Source: Candidatus Omnitrophota bacterium
GTDB taxonomy: Bacteria > Omnitrophota > Gorgyraeia > DTHP01
Length of the DNA: 64,000 nt
NCBI GenBank assembly: GCA_023819145.1
Contig: JAMWCW010000003.1
Span: 4,321-68,320 of the forward strand
Direction of reading: 5' to 3'
In this document: one piece after another, positions 9,817 to 20,158 of the stretch
Layout: every line of letters begins with the position of its first letter
How positions within the stretch are numbered: the stretch's first letter is position 1
The notes under the pieces: generated by a model
Seen by the model: the letters and a program-made list of their open reading frames with translations, nothing else
Told to the model about the DNA's origin: nothing
Databases searched by the model: none
Made by a program: the position numbers and the translations under genes

Positions 9817-11067
9817 ATGAATAAGGTTGTAGGAGTAGTTTTGGCAGCGGGTAAAGGCGTGAGGATGAAATCAGCATTCCCCAAAATGCTACATTCTCTT
9901 TGGGGAAAACCACTTATTAATTATCCCATAGAAACTTTAAGGAGAATAGGGGTAAATAAAATTTTTGTAGTGTTAGGGTATAAAAAAGAAACATTATTAC
10001 CCTATCTTAAAGAGGTAAAAATAATAGTCCAGAAGAGCTTGTTGGGAACAGGGCATGCTTTATTAACTACCGAACCTTATTTAAAAGATTTCAAAGGAAC
10101 AATACTTGTTATCTCAGGAGATGTTCCCTTAGTAAGGGAAGCGACGCTACAAAAATTAGTAAAACAGCATCAATCTTTGAATTCTACAGTTACAATTTTG
10201 GTGGCTAATATTCAGGAACCGTGGGGTTATGGTCGAATATTGCGTGATAAAAATAGCAAAGTTATAAAAATCTGTGAAGAAACGGATTTGGAAAAAGGTC
10301 TGAGTGGAATAGAAGAGGTAAATAGCGGAATCTATTGTTTTAAGGGTTCTTTACTATTCCGATACCTCAAAAAAATAAAGCTCAATCCAAGAAAAAAGGA
10401 ATATTATCTTACGGACATAATTGGTTTAATGGCAGGAGAAGGAGAAAAAATTTCTACACTATGCATAGAAGACAACGAAGAGCTTTTGGGTATTAATACA
10501 CGTGAAGATTTGAGCAGGGCGGAAAAAGTTCTTAATAAAAGAATGGTTAAGAGACTGATGGATGAAGGGATTACAATAGTTGACCCTTCAAATACCTATA
10601 TTGGAGAAGGAGTGGAAATTGGTCAAGATACAATTATCTTTCCTTTTACTGTGATTGAGTCAGGGGTTTCTATTGGGAGAAATTGCAGAGTTGGTCCATT
10701 TTGTCATTTAAGGGAAAAAACAGTAATTGGAGATAATGTAGAATTGGGAAATTTTGTAGAGTTGGTAAGAACGAGGATGGATAGCTTTAGTAAAGCGAAA
10801 CATTTGACTTACTTGGGAGACACTTGTGTAGGTAAAGATGTTAATATCGGTGCAGGGACAATCGTAGCTAATTTTGATGGCAAGAAGAAAAATAAAACTA
10901 TTATTTACGATAAAGCATTTATTGGGAGCGGAACAATCCTTATTTCTCCCGTTAAGGTAGGTAAAGGAGCAGTTACAGGTGCAGGAACAGTGGTTACGAG
11001 GAATAGAGATGTTCCTCCTGGCAAAACTGTAGTGGGAGTTCCCGCAAAGATTTTAACAAAGGAGTGA
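9817..11067 (+). CDS. glmU: bifunctional UDP-GlcNAc pyrophosphorylase / GlcN-1-P N-acetyltransferase
   Basis: 416 aa; N-terminal LAAGKGVRMKS nucleotidyltransferase motif and C-terminal left-handed beta-helix hexapeptide repeats. Confidence 0.9.
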   Translation: MNKVVGVVLAAGKGVRMKSAFPKMLHSLWGKPLINYPIETLRRIGVNKIFVVLGYKKETLLPYLKEVKIIVQKSLLGTGHALLTTEPYLKDFKGTILVISGDVPLVREATLQKLVKQHQSLNSTVTILVANIQEPWGYGRILRDKNSKVIKICEETDLEKGLSGIEEVNSGIYCFKGSLLFRYLKKIKLNPRKKEYYLTDIIGLMAGEGEKISTLCIEDNEELLGINTREDLSRAEKVLNKRMVKRLMDEGITIVDPSNTYIGEGVEIGQDTIIFPFTVIESGVSIGRNCRVGPFCHLREKTVIGDNVELGNFVELVRTRMDSFSKAKHLTYLGDTCVGKDVNIGAGTIVANFDGKKKNKTIIYDKAFIGSGTILISPVKVGKGAVTGAGTVVTRNRDVPPGKTVVGVPAKILTKE

Positions 11068-12008
11068 ATATGGCTAATGAGCTCTTGCTTTTTACAGGAA
11101 ATGCTCATCCCCTTTTGGCAAAAGAAATTTGTAAGATTCTTAAAATTTCCTTAGGCGATATGCTGGTTTCTCGTTTTAGTGAAGGAGAGATTAGGGTTAA
11201 GGTTAATGAAAACGTAAGAGGCAAGGATGTTTTTCTTATTCAACCTACTTGCCCTCCTACCAATGATAATATGATGGAGCTTCTCATTATCATTGATGCT
11301 CTTCGTCGGGCTTCTGCACGGCGTATCACTGCGGTTTTGCCTTACTTTGGTTATGCCCGTCAGGATAGAAAAGACCAACCGCGCGTTCCTATTACGGCAA
11401 AATTGGTAGCTAATCTCATTACCACCGCTGGTGCGGATAGAGTTTTGACTATAGACCTCCATGCAGGACAGATTCAGGGGTTCTTTGATATCCCTGTAGA
11501 CCATCTTTTTGCGGTAAAGGTATTTGAAGAGTATATCAGAAAAGAGAAGATGAGAGATTTAGTGATAGTTTCCCCCGATGTGGGCGGGATTAAGATGGCC
11601 CGTGCTTATGCAAAAAGGCTTGCAGCAGGACTAGCAATTGTAGACAAACGCCGCATAAGTCCCGAAGCAACGGAGGCAATGCATATTCTAGGTGAGGTCA
11701 AAGGGAAAAATGCGGTGATTGTGGATGATTTGATTGCTACAGGGGGGTCATTAATAGAGGCAAGTTTTGCCTTAAAGAAGGCGGGAGCAAAAAAGATTTA
11801 TGGTGCAATTACGCACGCCGTTCTTTCAGGAGATGCGGTGAGAAAGATTGATAATTCTCCCTTAGAAGAATTACTGGTTACCAATACTATCCCACTCGCT
11901 AACGAAAAAAAGCATCCTAAGATTCATGTATTAAGCATTGCGCCGCTTTTAGCAGAGGCAATTAAACGCATTCATCACGAGGAATCAGTAAGTTGTTTGT
12001 TTGAATAA
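11064..12008 (+). CDS. prs: ribose-phosphate pyrophosphokinase
   Basis: 314 aa; PYFGYARQDRK and VIVDDLIATGGS PRPP synthetase motifs; ATGA overlap with glmU. Confidence 0.9.
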   Translation: MNMANELLLFTGNAHPLLAKEICKILKISLGDMLVSRFSEGEIRVKVNENVRGKDVFLIQPTCPPTNDNMMELLIIIDALRRASARRITAVLPYFGYARQDRKDQPRVPITAKLVANLITTAGADRVLTIDLHAGQIQGFFDIPVDHLFAVKVFEEYIRKEKMRDLVIVSPDVGGIKMARAYAKRLAAGLAIVDKRRISPEATEAMHILGEVKGKNAVIVDDLIATGGSLIEASFALKKAGAKKIYGAITHAVLSGDAVRKIDNSPLEELLVTNTIPLANEKKHPKIHVLSIAPLLAEAIKRIHHEESVSCLFE

Positions 12009-12017
12009 GGAGGAATA

Positions 12018-12725
12018 ATGGAAGAAGTAAGTCTATTGGCAAAATCTAGAGAGGTAAAAGGTAAAAAAGTTAAAAATTTGAGAAAAGAAGGGTGGGTTCC
12101 TGGAGTAGTATATAAGAGGGGCGAAGAAAATGTCCTACTTCAGCTGAATAAAAAGGACCTACTGAAAATTTTGCATACTTCTCTGGGAGGGAATGTAATA
12201 ATATCTTTAAAAATTGATAAGGGTTCTCCTTCTGTTAAAAAAGGCAGAACGCAGGATGTTAAGACGGTGATTATCAAAGATATTCAGAAAGACCCCCTTT
12301 CGGATGAAATACTTCATGTGGATTTACAACAGATTTCTCTTACCGAGAACATTGTGGTTAATGTTCCTATTGCTCTGGTAGGTGAATCTTTAGGAGTTAA
12401 GAGAGATGGAGGCATATTAGAACATCTCATTTGGGAAATACAAGTGGAATGTCTTCCTACCAGTATCCCCGAAAAGATAGAGGTAGATATTACTCAGTTG
12501 GAACTGGGACATTCTGTATATGTAAAGGATTTAAGAATCCCCGAAGGGGTAAAGGTCCTTACCAATCCTGAACAAATGGTTGTTACTGTAAGTATGCCCA
12601 AAGAAGAGAAGATAGAAGAAAAAGTGGAAGAGGAACTTGTTGAACCAGAGGTGATTAAGCAGAAGAAACCAGAGACAGAGGAAGAAGCTCCAGAGAAGGG
12701 CAAGCGAGAGGAAGAGAAAAAATAG
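12018..12725 (+). CDS. rplY: 50S ribosomal protein L25 / general stress protein Ctc
   Basis: 235 aa; L25/Ctc fold with acidic/lysine-rich C-terminal extension; conserved position between prs and pth. Confidence 0.85.
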   Translation: MEEVSLLAKSREVKGKKVKNLRKEGWVPGVVYKRGEENVLLQLNKKDLLKILHTSLGGNVIISLKIDKGSPSVKKGRTQDVKTVIIKDIQKDPLSDEILHVDLQQISLTENIVVNVPIALVGESLGVKRDGGILEHLIWEIQVECLPTSIPEKIEVDITQLELGHSVYVKDLRIPEGVKVLTNPEQMVVTVSMPKEEKIEEKVEEELVEPEVIKQKKPETEEEAPEKGKREEEKK

Positions 12726-12782
12726 GTTTTATTTTGTTCTCTATTAATCGTCGGATGTGTAAATTTTATTTATTTTATATTT

Positions 12783-13334
12783 ATGAAGTTAGTTGTAGGA
12801 CTGGGTAATCCTGGTGAGAGATATAAACATACTCCGCACAATCTGGGGTTTTTAGTAATTGATGAGTTGGCAAAGGAAATTAAAATTAAGTTAAAAAAAG
12901 CAAATAAATTTGAATGGGGACAGTTTGAGTTTGATAAAGAAAAAATTTTTTTAATGAAACCCTTGACCTTCATGAATCTTTCCGGTAGAGCGGTAGTTGA
13001 CTTTGTAAATAAGAAAGGCATTAATGTAAAAGATATGCTTGTTATCTGTGATGATATAAACTTACCTTGGGGAAAGATTAGAATAAGACAAAAAGGCTCC
13101 GACGGAGGACATCTGGGTTTGCGGTCAGTTATTGGGGAAATAAAAACGCAGGATTTTCCGCGTTTAAGGATAGGGATAGGTAAACCAGGATTAGAAGATT
13201 TGTCAAAGTATGTTTTGGAAAAATTTACTCCTTCCGATGCAAGGGAGATTAAAAAGATACTGGGAGTTATTAGAGAAGTGATTTTCTTTTTTCTAAAAAA
13301 TGGTTTAGAAAAAACAATGAGTAGATTTAACTAA
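12783..13334 (+). CDS. pth: peptidyl-tRNA hydrolase
   Basis: 183 aa; LVVGLGNPG...HNLGF N-terminal motif. Confidence 0.9.
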   Translation: MKLVVGLGNPGERYKHTPHNLGFLVIDELAKEIKIKLKKANKFEWGQFEFDKEKIFLMKPLTFMNLSGRAVVDFVNKKGINVKDMLVICDDINLPWGKIRIRQKGSDGGHLGLRSVIGEIKTQDFPRLRIGIGKPGLEDLSKYVLEKFTPSDAREIKKILGVIREVIFFFLKNGLEKTMSRFN

Positions 13335-13361
13335 TTTAAAAGTAAAGGAAAAGTAAAGGAG

Positions 13362-13658
13362 ATGATGATGAGAAATTACGAAGCCCTGATTTTGGTAAGC
13401 CCAGATTTGAATGACGAATCTTTAGGGAAAGAAATTAAACGTCTTTCGCAAGCAATTACTAACAATAATGGTCAGATAGTCGGTTTTGAAAAATGGACAA
13501 AGAGACCACTTGCCTACAAGATTAAGAAATTTAAGGAAGGGATTTATCTTCTGGCAAATTTTAAAACAGATCCTCTTTCACTCAAGGAAATAGAGAAAAA
13601 CTGGAAATTGAATGAGAACGTTTTGCGAGTGATGATTATTTCTCAGGAAAGGAATTAG
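13362..13658 (+). CDS. rpsF: 30S ribosomal protein S6
   Basis: 98 aa; RNYEALILVSPDL start; rpsF-ssb-rpsR-rplI order. Confidence 0.85.
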   Translation: MMMRNYEALILVSPDLNDESLGKEIKRLSQAITNNNGQIVGFEKWTKRPLAYKIKKFKEGIYLLANFKTDPLSLKEIEKNWKLNENVLRVMIISQERN

Positions 13659-13677
13659 GATTAAGAGAGGAGGTAGA

Positions 13678-14112
13678 ATGGCGAGTCTAAATAAGGTTTT
13701 TTTAATCGGAAACCTAACCCGCGACCCAGAATTACGCTATACTCCCACAGGAACAGCGGTGGTAAATTTTGGAATAGCAGTCAACCGTCGTTTTACAGAT
13801 TCTTCAGGAGAGAAGAAAGAAGAAGCCTGTTTTGTGAGAATAGTGGTTTTTGGTAAACAGGCAGAAAGTTGCAATCAATATCTTGCCAAAGGAAGACTTG
13901 TTTTTGTGGAGGGTAGACTCCAATATCGCAGTTGGGAAGCAGGAGGTGAGAAAAAGAATAGTTTAGATGTAGTGGCAGAGCGTGTTCAATTCTTAGGAAC
14001 GCCCAAGGAAGAGGTAGAGGTTGTAAATGAAGAAGGTATAAATAGTGCTGCTACGGCTCATGCAGACGGGGGAAAAGAAGAGATTGTCGAGGAGGAGAAT
14101 CCTCCCTTTTAG
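13678..14112 (+). CDS. ssb: single-stranded DNA-binding protein
   Basis: 144 aa; OB-fold N-terminus and acidic C-terminal tail ending EEENPPF. Confidence 0.9.
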   Translation: MASLNKVFLIGNLTRDPELRYTPTGTAVVNFGIAVNRRFTDSSGEKKEEACFVRIVVFGKQAESCNQYLAKGRLVFVEGRLQYRSWEAGGEKKNSLDVVAERVQFLGTPKEEVEVVNEEGINSAATAHADGGKEEIVEEENPPF

Positions 14113-14124
14113 AAAAGGAGGGAT

Positions 14125-14370
14125 ATGGCTAAACCAGTTAGAAAAATAATCAGAACCGGGTTTGTACGTAAGAAGTATTGCCGTTTTTGTAGAAATAAAG
14201 TTAAAGACATTGATTATAAAGATGTAGAATTCTTGCAGAAATTTATTTCCGAAAGAGGTAAGATACTTTCTACGCGAATCAGCGGCAATTGCACCAAGCA
14301 TCAACGTAAAATAAGTCAGGCAATAAAGAGAGCACGGATTATGGCTCTTCTTCCTTTTATAGGAGAGTAA
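14125..14370 (+). CDS. rpsR: 30S ribosomal protein S18
   Basis: 81 aa; [24 protein letters not shown] motif. Confidence 0.9.
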   Translation: MAKPVRKIIRTGFVRKKYCRFCRNKVKDIDYKDVEFLQKFISERGKILSTRISGNCTKHQRKISQAIKRARIMALLPFIGE

Positions 14371-14371
14371 A

Positions 14372-14815
14372 ATGAAAATTGTATTAAGGAGAGATATAGA
14401 TAAACTTGGTAAATTTGGAGACATTATTATTGTAAAAGATGGATATGCCAGAAACTATTTAATCCCGAAAGGTTTTGCTTTTGAAGCAACTGAAAGTAAT
14501 TTTAAGTTGATTGAAAAAGAGAAGGAAGAACTGAACAGAAGAAAAGAGAAAGAGAAACGGGAAGCTTATTCGCTGGCGGATAAGATAAAAAATTCCTCCT
14601 GCACTATTACGGTAGAAGTAGGAGAAGATGGCAAGATGTTTGGGGTAGTGACTAATCACGATATTGCTAAAGCTTATGAAGAAATGGGGATAAAGTTAGA
14701 TAAGCGGATGATTGAATTGAACGAACCCATTAAAGAGGTAGGAATTTTTTATGTTCCCATAAAATTACACTCTGAAGTTTCTGTAGAGGCGAAGGTATGG
14801 GTGGTTAAGAAATAA
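14372..14815 (+). CDS. rplI: 50S ribosomal protein L9
   Basis: 147 aa; MKIVLRRDIDKLGKFGDIIIVKDGYARNYLIPKGFA. Confidence 0.9.
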   Translation: MKIVLRRDIDKLGKFGDIIIVKDGYARNYLIPKGFAFEATESNFKLIEKEKEELNRRKEKEKREAYSLADKIKNSSCTITVEVGEDGKMFGVVTNHDIAKAYEEMGIKLDKRMIELNEPIKEVGIFYVPIKLHSEVSVEAKVWVVKK

Positions 14816-14848
14816 GTGCAAAATTTTGATATTTGGTTTTAGTATAGT

Positions 14849-16195
14849 ATGATGAACGAAAAAGAGATAAGTCTGGATAGAATGCCACCGCAGAACATAG
14901 AGGCGGAAATGGCTCTTTTGGGTTCGATGCTTATTGATGAACAGGCAGTGGCGATGGGCATTGAAAAAGTAGAGCCCGAATATTTTTATAAGGACAGTCA
15001 TAAGAAAATCTTTCAGATTATTGCTCAGTTATTTAATAACAATCAGGCAATAGATGTAGTTACAGTAGCGGATGCCTTAAAGAAAGCAAATCTTTTAGAG
15101 GAAATAGGAGGGCCTGCTTATTTAGCCAGCCTTGCTTCTCTTGTGCCTACATCTGCAAATGTAGGTTATTATGCAAAGATGATTAAAGAGAAATATATTT
15201 TAAGAAGTTTAATTCATGCATCAACCCGGATCATTAACGATTGTTATGAGTCTGTTACAGATGCAGATGAGCTTCTTGACCAAGCAGAATCTTCTATTTT
15301 TGAAATTGCCACTCACAAAGTAGAGGGGAGTTTTGTTTCTATAAAAGAGATTATAAAGAGTAGTATTGAAACCATCGATAACCTTTATCAAAGGAAAGCA
15401 AATATTACAGGAATTTCTACGGGTTTTATAGAATTTGATATTACAACTGCAGGACTTCAACCTTCTGATTTTATTGTTGTTGCAGGAAGGCCTTCAATGG
15501 GGAAATCGGCATTTGTGACCTCTATTGCCGAACATGTAGGAATTGCGGAGAAGAAACCTGTGGCAATTTTTAGCTTGGAGATGTCTAAAGAACAGCTTGT
15601 GCAACGCATGCTCTGTGCTCATGCAAGGGTTGATGCACACAAGGTAAGAACAGGATTTCTTACTCAATCGGATTGGCCCAAATTAACTAATGCAGCAGGA
15701 AAACTTTCCGAGGCTCCTATTTTTATTGATGATACACCTGCTATTTCTGTTTTGGAGTTAAGAGCCAAGGCGAGGAGACTTAAATCTACTAAAGATATTC
15801 AGCTACTTATTTTAGATTATCTTCAGTTAATGAGGGGACCTTCTAATATAGAAAATCGTCAACAGGAAATTGCAGAGATATCGCGTTCCTTAAAAGCTCT
15901 GGCAAGGGAATTGGGTATACCCGTGATAGCGGTAAGCCAACTCTCTCGGGCAGTAGAGACAAGAGCTGACCATCGGCCACAATTATCTGATTTGCGTGAG
16001 TCAGGAGCCATTGAACAAGATGCAGACGTAGTGGTTTTACTTCTGCGAGAAGAGTATTACAATCCTACGGAAGAGAATCGGGGGCTTGCGGAAATAAATA
16101 TTGCTAAACAAAGAAATGGTCCGACAGGAACAATTAGGCTTGCTTTCGTAAAGGAATATGCGCGTTTTGAAAATTTGGCGCGAGAAGAAATTTGA
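14849..16195 (+). CDS. dnaB: replicative DNA helicase
   Basis: 448 aa; Walker A GRPSMGKSAF, DnaB N-terminal domain; no intein. Confidence 0.9.
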   Translation: MMNEKEISLDRMPPQNIEAEMALLGSMLIDEQAVAMGIEKVEPEYFYKDSHKKIFQIIAQLFNNNQAIDVVTVADALKKANLLEEIGGPAYLASLASLVPTSANVGYYAKMIKEKYILRSLIHASTRIINDCYESVTDADELLDQAESSIFEIATHKVEGSFVSIKEIIKSSIETIDNLYQRKANITGISTGFIEFDITTAGLQPSDFIVVAGRPSMGKSAFVTSIAEHVGIAEKKPVAIFSLEMSKEQLVQRMLCAHARVDAHKVRTGFLTQSDWPKLTNAAGKLSEAPIFIDDTPAISVLELRAKARRLKSTKDIQLLILDYLQLMRGPSNIENRQQEIAEISRSLKALARELGIPVIAVSQLSRAVETRADHRPQLSDLRESGAIEQDADVVVLLLREEYYNPTEENRGLAEINIAKQRNGPTGTIRLAFVKEYARFENLAREEI

Positions 16196-16249
16196 AATTG
16201 ACATAACGGTCAATTTTTGCTAAACTTTTAACAAAATTAAATAAATAAA

Positions 16250-18535
16250 TTGAGAAAATTTTTTGTCATAATACTATTTGTATTTTCCTTCTTCCAGGAA
16301 GAGGTTGTTTTTGCTGAAGATAATCAACCCAAGGTCATCAGTTCTATCCAGGTCTTGGGTAATATCACCGTCAGTTCCTCAACCATCCTTTCCAAAATAA
16401 AATCAAAAGTAGGACAGGCTTTTTCTCAAAAAGAATTGGATGAGGATTTAAAAAGACTCTACGCTACGGGTTATTTTTCCGATATAAGAATTGATTTAAG
16501 GGAAACTGCAGAGGGATTGATGGTGATTTTTAATGTTAAGGAACGTCCGGTTGTAGAAAGTATCGTTTTTGAAGGTAATCGTATTTTTAAGAAAGAGAGA
16601 TTAGAAAAAGCAGTTGGTTCCAAACCAAATGATTTTTTAAATCCCCGTCAGATTAAACAGGATAAGGATGAAATTATACGGATGTATAAAGATAAAGGAT
16701 ATACTCAGGTAGAAGTAACGGATGCGGTGGAGGTAGATTCTCAAACAAATTATGCTAAAGTTAAGTTTGTAATTAATGAACAATTTAGGGCGCGGATTAG
16801 AAAGATTTCGGTGGAAGGAAACGACGCCTATAAACGAGGAAAGATTCTAAAACTGGTTAAGACCAAACCCGCCGGATTCTTTAGGTCGGGTGTTTTTAAG
16901 CCCGAGGTTCTTGAGGAGGATATTGAGCGAATTAAGGTATTTTATCAGAATTCAGGTTATATGGATGTGGAAGCAACTTCTTCGGTAGGATATGAAAAAC
17001 AGTGGATTTACATCACTTTGAAAATCAACGAAGGTAAAAAATATTTTGCTAACGAGGTAGCTATTGCTGGTAACAGCGTATATACTACCGAAGAGTTAAA
17101 AAAAGTACTTAAGATGGTTAAAGGTAAGCCATTTAGGCAGGAGGGCTTGCGCGAAGATATTGTTCGTATTCAGGAGTTATATTTTGATAAAGGATATATT
17201 CAGGCAGAGGTAGATGTGAAAACGCGGTTATTAGAAGGGACGGATAAGATAGATATAAATTACCTCATCACTGAACATGATGTGGCTTATGTAGAAAAGA
17301 TAGATATTCGGGGGAATGTAAGGACAAGAGATTTGGTTATCCGAAGAGAATTACGTCTCCATCCTGGGGAACGTTTTGATGGTAAGAAATTAAAGAGAAG
17401 CAGAGAGCGTCTCAATAATTTGGGGTATTTTGAGGAGATAAACTTCGATATAGAACCTGGAACTACAGCAGATAGAAAGAATTTGGTTGTTTCGGTAAAA
17501 GAGACCAAGACAGGAGAGTTTAGTTTTGGTGGAGGATATAGTTCAGTTGACCAATTCATTGGTTTTGTTGAAATTACCCAGCGCAATTTTGACCTGTTTA
17601 ACTTCCCTTATTTTACAGGTGCGGGGCAGTTTCTGAGACTAAGAGCTCAAATAGGAACGGTGAGGCAAGATTATGAATTGAGTTTCACTGAACCTTGGAT
17701 ATTAGGCTATCCTTATTCTTTCGGCTTTGACCTTTATCAAAGGACTAGAGATAAGGAACGCGACATCGGTTTTGCTTTTAATGAAAAAAGAAGAGGAGGT
17801 GCTCTGCGTTTGGGAAAGGAGTTTACAGATTATACCCGGGGAGATTTAGTGTATCGGATGGATAAGATAAAAATTTCGGATATTGATGCTGAAGAATCGA
17901 GTGACTTGAGACAAGAAGAAGGGGACAACACGGTTTCTGCGGTACTTTTCCGTCTCACCCAAGACACCCGTGATTACATATTCGACCCCACCAGTGGCTA
18001 TGTAATTTCTGGTTCCATAGAATGTGCGGGAGGGCCTTTTGGAGGAGACAAAGATTTCTTGCGTTACATTAGTAGTGGAAGTGTGTACTTTACACCTTTT
18101 GAAAAGATAGTATTAGAAATGAGAATTCGTGCGGGGATAGTGGATGAGTTTGGGAATTCAACTTATGTCCCTATTTATGAGCGCTTCTTCGCAGGGGGTG
18201 CTAATACTATTCGGGGATATAAAGAAAGACGCGTTGGTCCAAGAGACCCCAATACTGGAGATCCCATTGGTGGAGAAGCAATGTTATTGGGAGGGATGGA
18301 GTTTACTTTTCCCCTTGTAGAAAATATCAAAGGAGCGGTTTTTTATGATATGGGTAATGTATGGAAAGAAGCAGATGATTTTGGCTCAGGAGGAATGAAG
18401 TATTCTGTGGGAACGGGGCTTCGTATAAAAACCCCCATAGGCCCCATAAAATTGGATTTCGGATATCCTTTGGAGACCGAAGTTGGGGAAAGGAAGAGTG
18501 GACGATTCCATTTTAGCATGGGTCAGCGGTTTTAA
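16250..18535 (+). CDS. bamA: outer membrane protein assembly factor BamA (Omp85)
   Basis: 761 aa; signal peptide, POTRA repeats, C-terminal beta-barrel ending in F. Confidence 0.9.
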   Translation: MRKFFVIILFVFSFFQEEVVFAEDNQPKVISSIQVLGNITVSSSTILSKIKSKVGQAFSQKELDEDLKRLYATGYFSDIRIDLRETAEGLMVIFNVKERPVVESIVFEGNRIFKKERLEKAVGSKPNDFLNPRQIKQDKDEIIRMYKDKGYTQVEVTDAVEVDSQTNYAKVKFVINEQFRARIRKISVEGNDAYKRGKILKLVKTKPAGFFRSGVFKPEVLEEDIERIKVFYQNSGYMDVEATSSVGYEKQWIYITLKINEGKKYFANEVAIAGNSVYTTEELKKVLKMVKGKPFRQEGLREDIVRIQELYFDKGYIQAEVDVKTRLLEGTDKIDINYLITEHDVAYVEKIDIRGNVRTRDLVIRRELRLHPGERFDGKKLKRSRERLNNLGYFEEINFDIEPGTTADRKNLVVSVKETKTGEFSFGGGYSSVDQFIGFVEITQRNFDLFNFPYFTGAGQFLRLRAQIGTVRQDYELSFTEPWILGYPYSFGFDLYQRTRDKERDIGFAFNEKRRGGALRLGKEFTDYTRGDLVYRMDKIKISDIDAEESSDLRQEEGDNTVSAVLFRLTQDTRDYIFDPTSGYVISGSIECAGGPFGGDKDFLRYISSGSVYFTPFEKIVLEMRIRAGIVDEFGNSTYVPIYERFFAGGANTIRGYKERRVGPRDPNTGDPIGGEAMLLGGMEFTFPLVENIKGAVFYDMGNVWKEADDFGSGGMKYSVGTGLRIKTPIGPIKLDFGYPLETEVGERKSGRFHFSMGQRF

Positions 18536-18551
18536 TTGAGAGGAGAAAGAG

Positions 18552-19079
18552 ATGAGGAAAAATATTTTATTTTTAGCAAGCGTTGTGCTTCTGGGAGTTT
18601 CTTTATGTTATGCAGCAGATTTAAAAATAGGTTATATTGATGTTTCGCGGGTTTTTGATGAATATAACCGCACAAAAGAGGAAGATCAGATTCTGGAGAA
18701 GAAAGGCAGTGAGAAAGAGGCACAACGGGAAAAGATGGTTAATGAAATCAAAAAAATTAAAGAAGAATTAGACCTTGCTTCGGATAAAGTAAAACCCGAT
18801 AAACAAAAACTTTTGGATGAGAAGATAAAAAATCTACAGGGATATGACCGCACAACCCGGGAGGACCTCCGTAAAGAAAGAGATGGTATTGTAAGGGAAA
18901 TATTGAAAGAGATAGACGGAGTAATACAGGAATTAGGGAAGAAAGAAGGATATACCGTTATTGTTAATGAACGCTTGCTTCTCTATAGAGATGAATCTCT
19001 TGACCTTACGGGAAGAGTGATAAAGATTCTTAACGAGCAGTACGATAAGAAGAAGTCATCTGCTAAAGAGAAGAAATGA
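18552..19079 (+). CDS. skp: periplasmic chaperone Skp/OmpH
   Basis: 175 aa; signal peptide plus coiled-coil OmpH-like; canonical position between bamA and lpxD. Confidence 0.75.
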   Translation: MRKNILFLASVVLLGVSLCYAADLKIGYIDVSRVFDEYNRTKEEDQILEKKGSEKEAQREKMVNEIKKIKEELDLASDKVKPDKQKLLDEKIKNLQGYDRTTREDLRKERDGIVREILKEIDGVIQELGKKEGYTVIVNERLLLYRDESLDLTGRVIKILNEQYDKKKSSAKEKK

Positions 19080-20158
19080 GAAAGACACTTGCTGAGATAG
19101 CGGCGATTATTGAAGGAGAGGTAGTTGGAGACCCTAATACTATTATTACGGGAATATGCGGGATAAAGGAAGCAAAGGAAGGAGATATTACTTTCGTAGC
19201 AAATTCAAGATATCTCTCTTTGATGAATCAAACACACGCCTCTGCCATAATTACTTCACGCGAAGTCAAATCTGCACCTAAGCCAATTGTCCGCACCGAG
19301 AACCCCTCCCTTGCCTTTGTAAAAATGGTTTCACTTTTTGCCCCAAATGAGGTGCATCATCCCAAAGGTATTCATCCCACTGCAGTTATCGGTAAAGATG
19401 TGAAGATTGGCAAGAATGTTTCTATACATGCCTATGCGGTAATTGAGGATAAGGTAGAGCTGGGAGACAATACGGTGATTTATCCCTATGCTTATGTTGG
19501 GCATTATACAAAGATTGGTTTTGATTGTTTAATACATTCACACGTTTCTATAAGAGAGAGGGTTACGATTGGAAACAGGGTTTGTATTCATAGTGGAACA
19601 GTAATAGGTAGTGATGGATTTGGTTTCGCTACGGTTAAAGGTGTGCATCATAAAATTCCACAGATTGGAACGGTGGTGATAGAGGATGATGTGGAAATTG
19701 GTGCGAATGTAACAATTGATCGTGCTCGTTTTGGCAGGACATTTATTGGCAAGGGGACGAAGATTGATAATCTTGTACAGATTGCTCACAATGTAGAAAT
19801 TGGAGAGAATTCAATTATTGTTGCTCAAACAGGTATTTCCGGAAGTACGGTAATTGGTAAAGGAGTTACTTTAGCAGGTCAGTCGGGCATAGTAGGACAT
19901 ATTACGATAGGGGATAATGCAGTAATCGCTGCCCAAGCAGGGGTTACCAAATCGGTTCCTCCCAACACTTGCGTTTCAGGTTATCCTGCTAAGCCACACA
20001 GTTTGGCGAAAAGGATAAATGCCTGTATTCAGAGATTACCTAAATTGTTTGAAACGGTTGCGGAATTAAAGAATAAATTACAAGATTTATCTCAAGAGTT
20101 GTCCAACCTGACGGTAAAGGAGAATATAGATAATGGAGTATCAAAAGACAATCGGTAA
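19076..20158 (+). CDS. lpxD: UDP-3-O-acylglucosamine N-acyltransferase
   Basis: 360 aa; hexapeptide-repeat left-handed beta-helix; lpx cluster context. Confidence 0.9.
   Translation: MRKTLAEIAAIIEGEVVGDPNTIITGICGIKEAKEGDITFVANSRYLSLMNQTHASAIITSREVKSAPKPIVRTENPSLAFVKMVSLFAPNEVHHPKGIHPTAVIGKDVKIGKNVSIHAYAVIEDKVELGDNTVIYPYAYVGHYTKIGFDCLIHSHVSIRERVTIGNRVCIHSGTVIGSDGFGFATVKGVHHKIPQIGTVVIEDDVEIGANVTIDRARFGRTFIGKGTKIDNLVQIAHNVEIGENSIIVAQTGISGSTVIGKGVTLAGQSGIVGHITIGDNAVIAAQAGVTKSVPPNTCVSGYPAKPHSLAKRINACIQRLPKLFETVAELKNKLQDLSQELSNLTVKENIDNGVSKDNR

Noticed and set aside
12770-13021. 83-aa minus-strand ORF overlapping the start of pth
   Set aside because: Antisense to the conserved N-terminus of peptidyl-tRNA hydrolase; judged spurious.
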